Shown piece by piece: positions 63,039 to 64,000 of a DNA stretch of 64,000 bases (position 1 is the first letter of the stretch; every line of letters starts with the position of its first letter). The notes under the pieces are model-generated. The model worked only from the letters and a program-made list of their open reading frames with translations. It had not been told where the DNA came from and did no database searches. This DNA comes from Dendrobates tinctorius (Eukaryota), in assembly GCF_039654945.1 (NCBI RefSeq), contig NW_027361819.1, positions 1,364,001 through 1,428,000 on the forward strand, in the 5' to 3' direction. The translations under genes and the position numbers were made by a program.

Positions 63039-64000
63039 GGCCGATGTCGTCCTCGTCACATTATAATGACATTATTCCTTGTCACATGGACACATCTGTA
63101 TATAGTGAGTTATCAGCGGGACCCTCTAATAATACAATGTATATGGTGGAGTCATGGGGGGATTGTTCCTATTGTTTTTTCCTCTTCCCTGTAGATCAGA
63201 TGCAGAATCAATGATTGAGGAGAATGTAAAAATGACTGAATTGTTGTGAGACTGATAATTGTTCAGTAAAGGGTTAATCCTGGTATATAGCTGGGATATG
63301 TCAGCACTCTCTGACTCCTGGGACCCCCACCGATCCTGAGACTAAAGGGGCTGCAGCATTAGTTCAGCCTCCTGCACATCGGAGCTCTGGACTCCCCCGG
63401 TGCAGGAGCTGCAGTACAGCCGCAGTGTATGGGGGGCACATCGGGGGTCCGGAGCGTCACACTAAATCAGCACTGTGGCTCCTCCATTCTCGGGGTCTGT
63501 GGGGTCCACACCAGTCAGACACTGATGGTATACTCTAGCTATATACCACCATGTGAAATGTCCTGTAATCTCCCGATGTCTCCAGCAGTGTTACAGGACC
63601 CCGGTGACGTCTGATCTGTGTGATCTGATCGCCCGGACTGTGGAGGATGATGGGAGTTGTGGTCTCCGTTGTGTATTTTTTATTAGATCTTCTCAATATT
63701 ATATGAAATTAAATAAAGATTTCCTTTAATCCCACCAGAAACATCTCATATATAGGAGGACGTGTGATCAGTAATCAGGGGACGAGATCGGGGGTCCTGT
63801 GTGCGCTCAGCCGCTTCTCTATCCCCCTGCTCCTGTATCTCTGTAGTCACTAAGGCGCCGTACACACAGCAGAGCCGGATACACGGAGGCCGCACAGGCT
63901 CTGGTGGGGTCCTATGTGCAGAGATCCCCCATAGATGCAATGTGTGCTATATCCAGACTGCAGACAGATCATCATGGCGCCGCGGGCTCTGAGCTTCACA

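Overview
Repeat-rich vertebrate genomic DNA, most likely from a frog (inferred from the repeat and gene content). The host content is a tandem array of four intact single-ORF TRIM genes (RING-Bbox1-Bbox2-coiled coil-PRY/SPRY; 9741, 28700, 54300, 61470, all + strand). Their scaffold is nearly invariant while the SPRY loops are hypervariable. Two of the four lie in a recent ~18.2-18.7 kb tandem duplication (1012-19247 / 19248-37989). The rest is transposon-derived. (1) An apparently intact two-gene PIF/Harbinger element: a spliced DDE transposase plus a 5-exon MADF gene that the ORF track misses. (2) An intact DD36E (Incomer-type) Tc1 nested in it next to a 468-N gap. (3) An orphan second Harbinger transposase. 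(4) Two younger Penelope-like elements (PLEs) with hammerhead-ribozyme-like motifs showing stem covariation. (5) Five copies of an old PLE relic co-amplified with the TRIM unit. (6) A solo LTR, hAT and Harbinger MITEs, L2 tails and several minisatellites. The most novel-looking signal is a conserved PLE terminal RNA module: hammerhead, then splice donor, then a branch point that an upstream complementary 8-9-mer could sequester. One inverted copy of this module points straight into TRIM copy 3. All coordinates were read by eye, and no database search was run.
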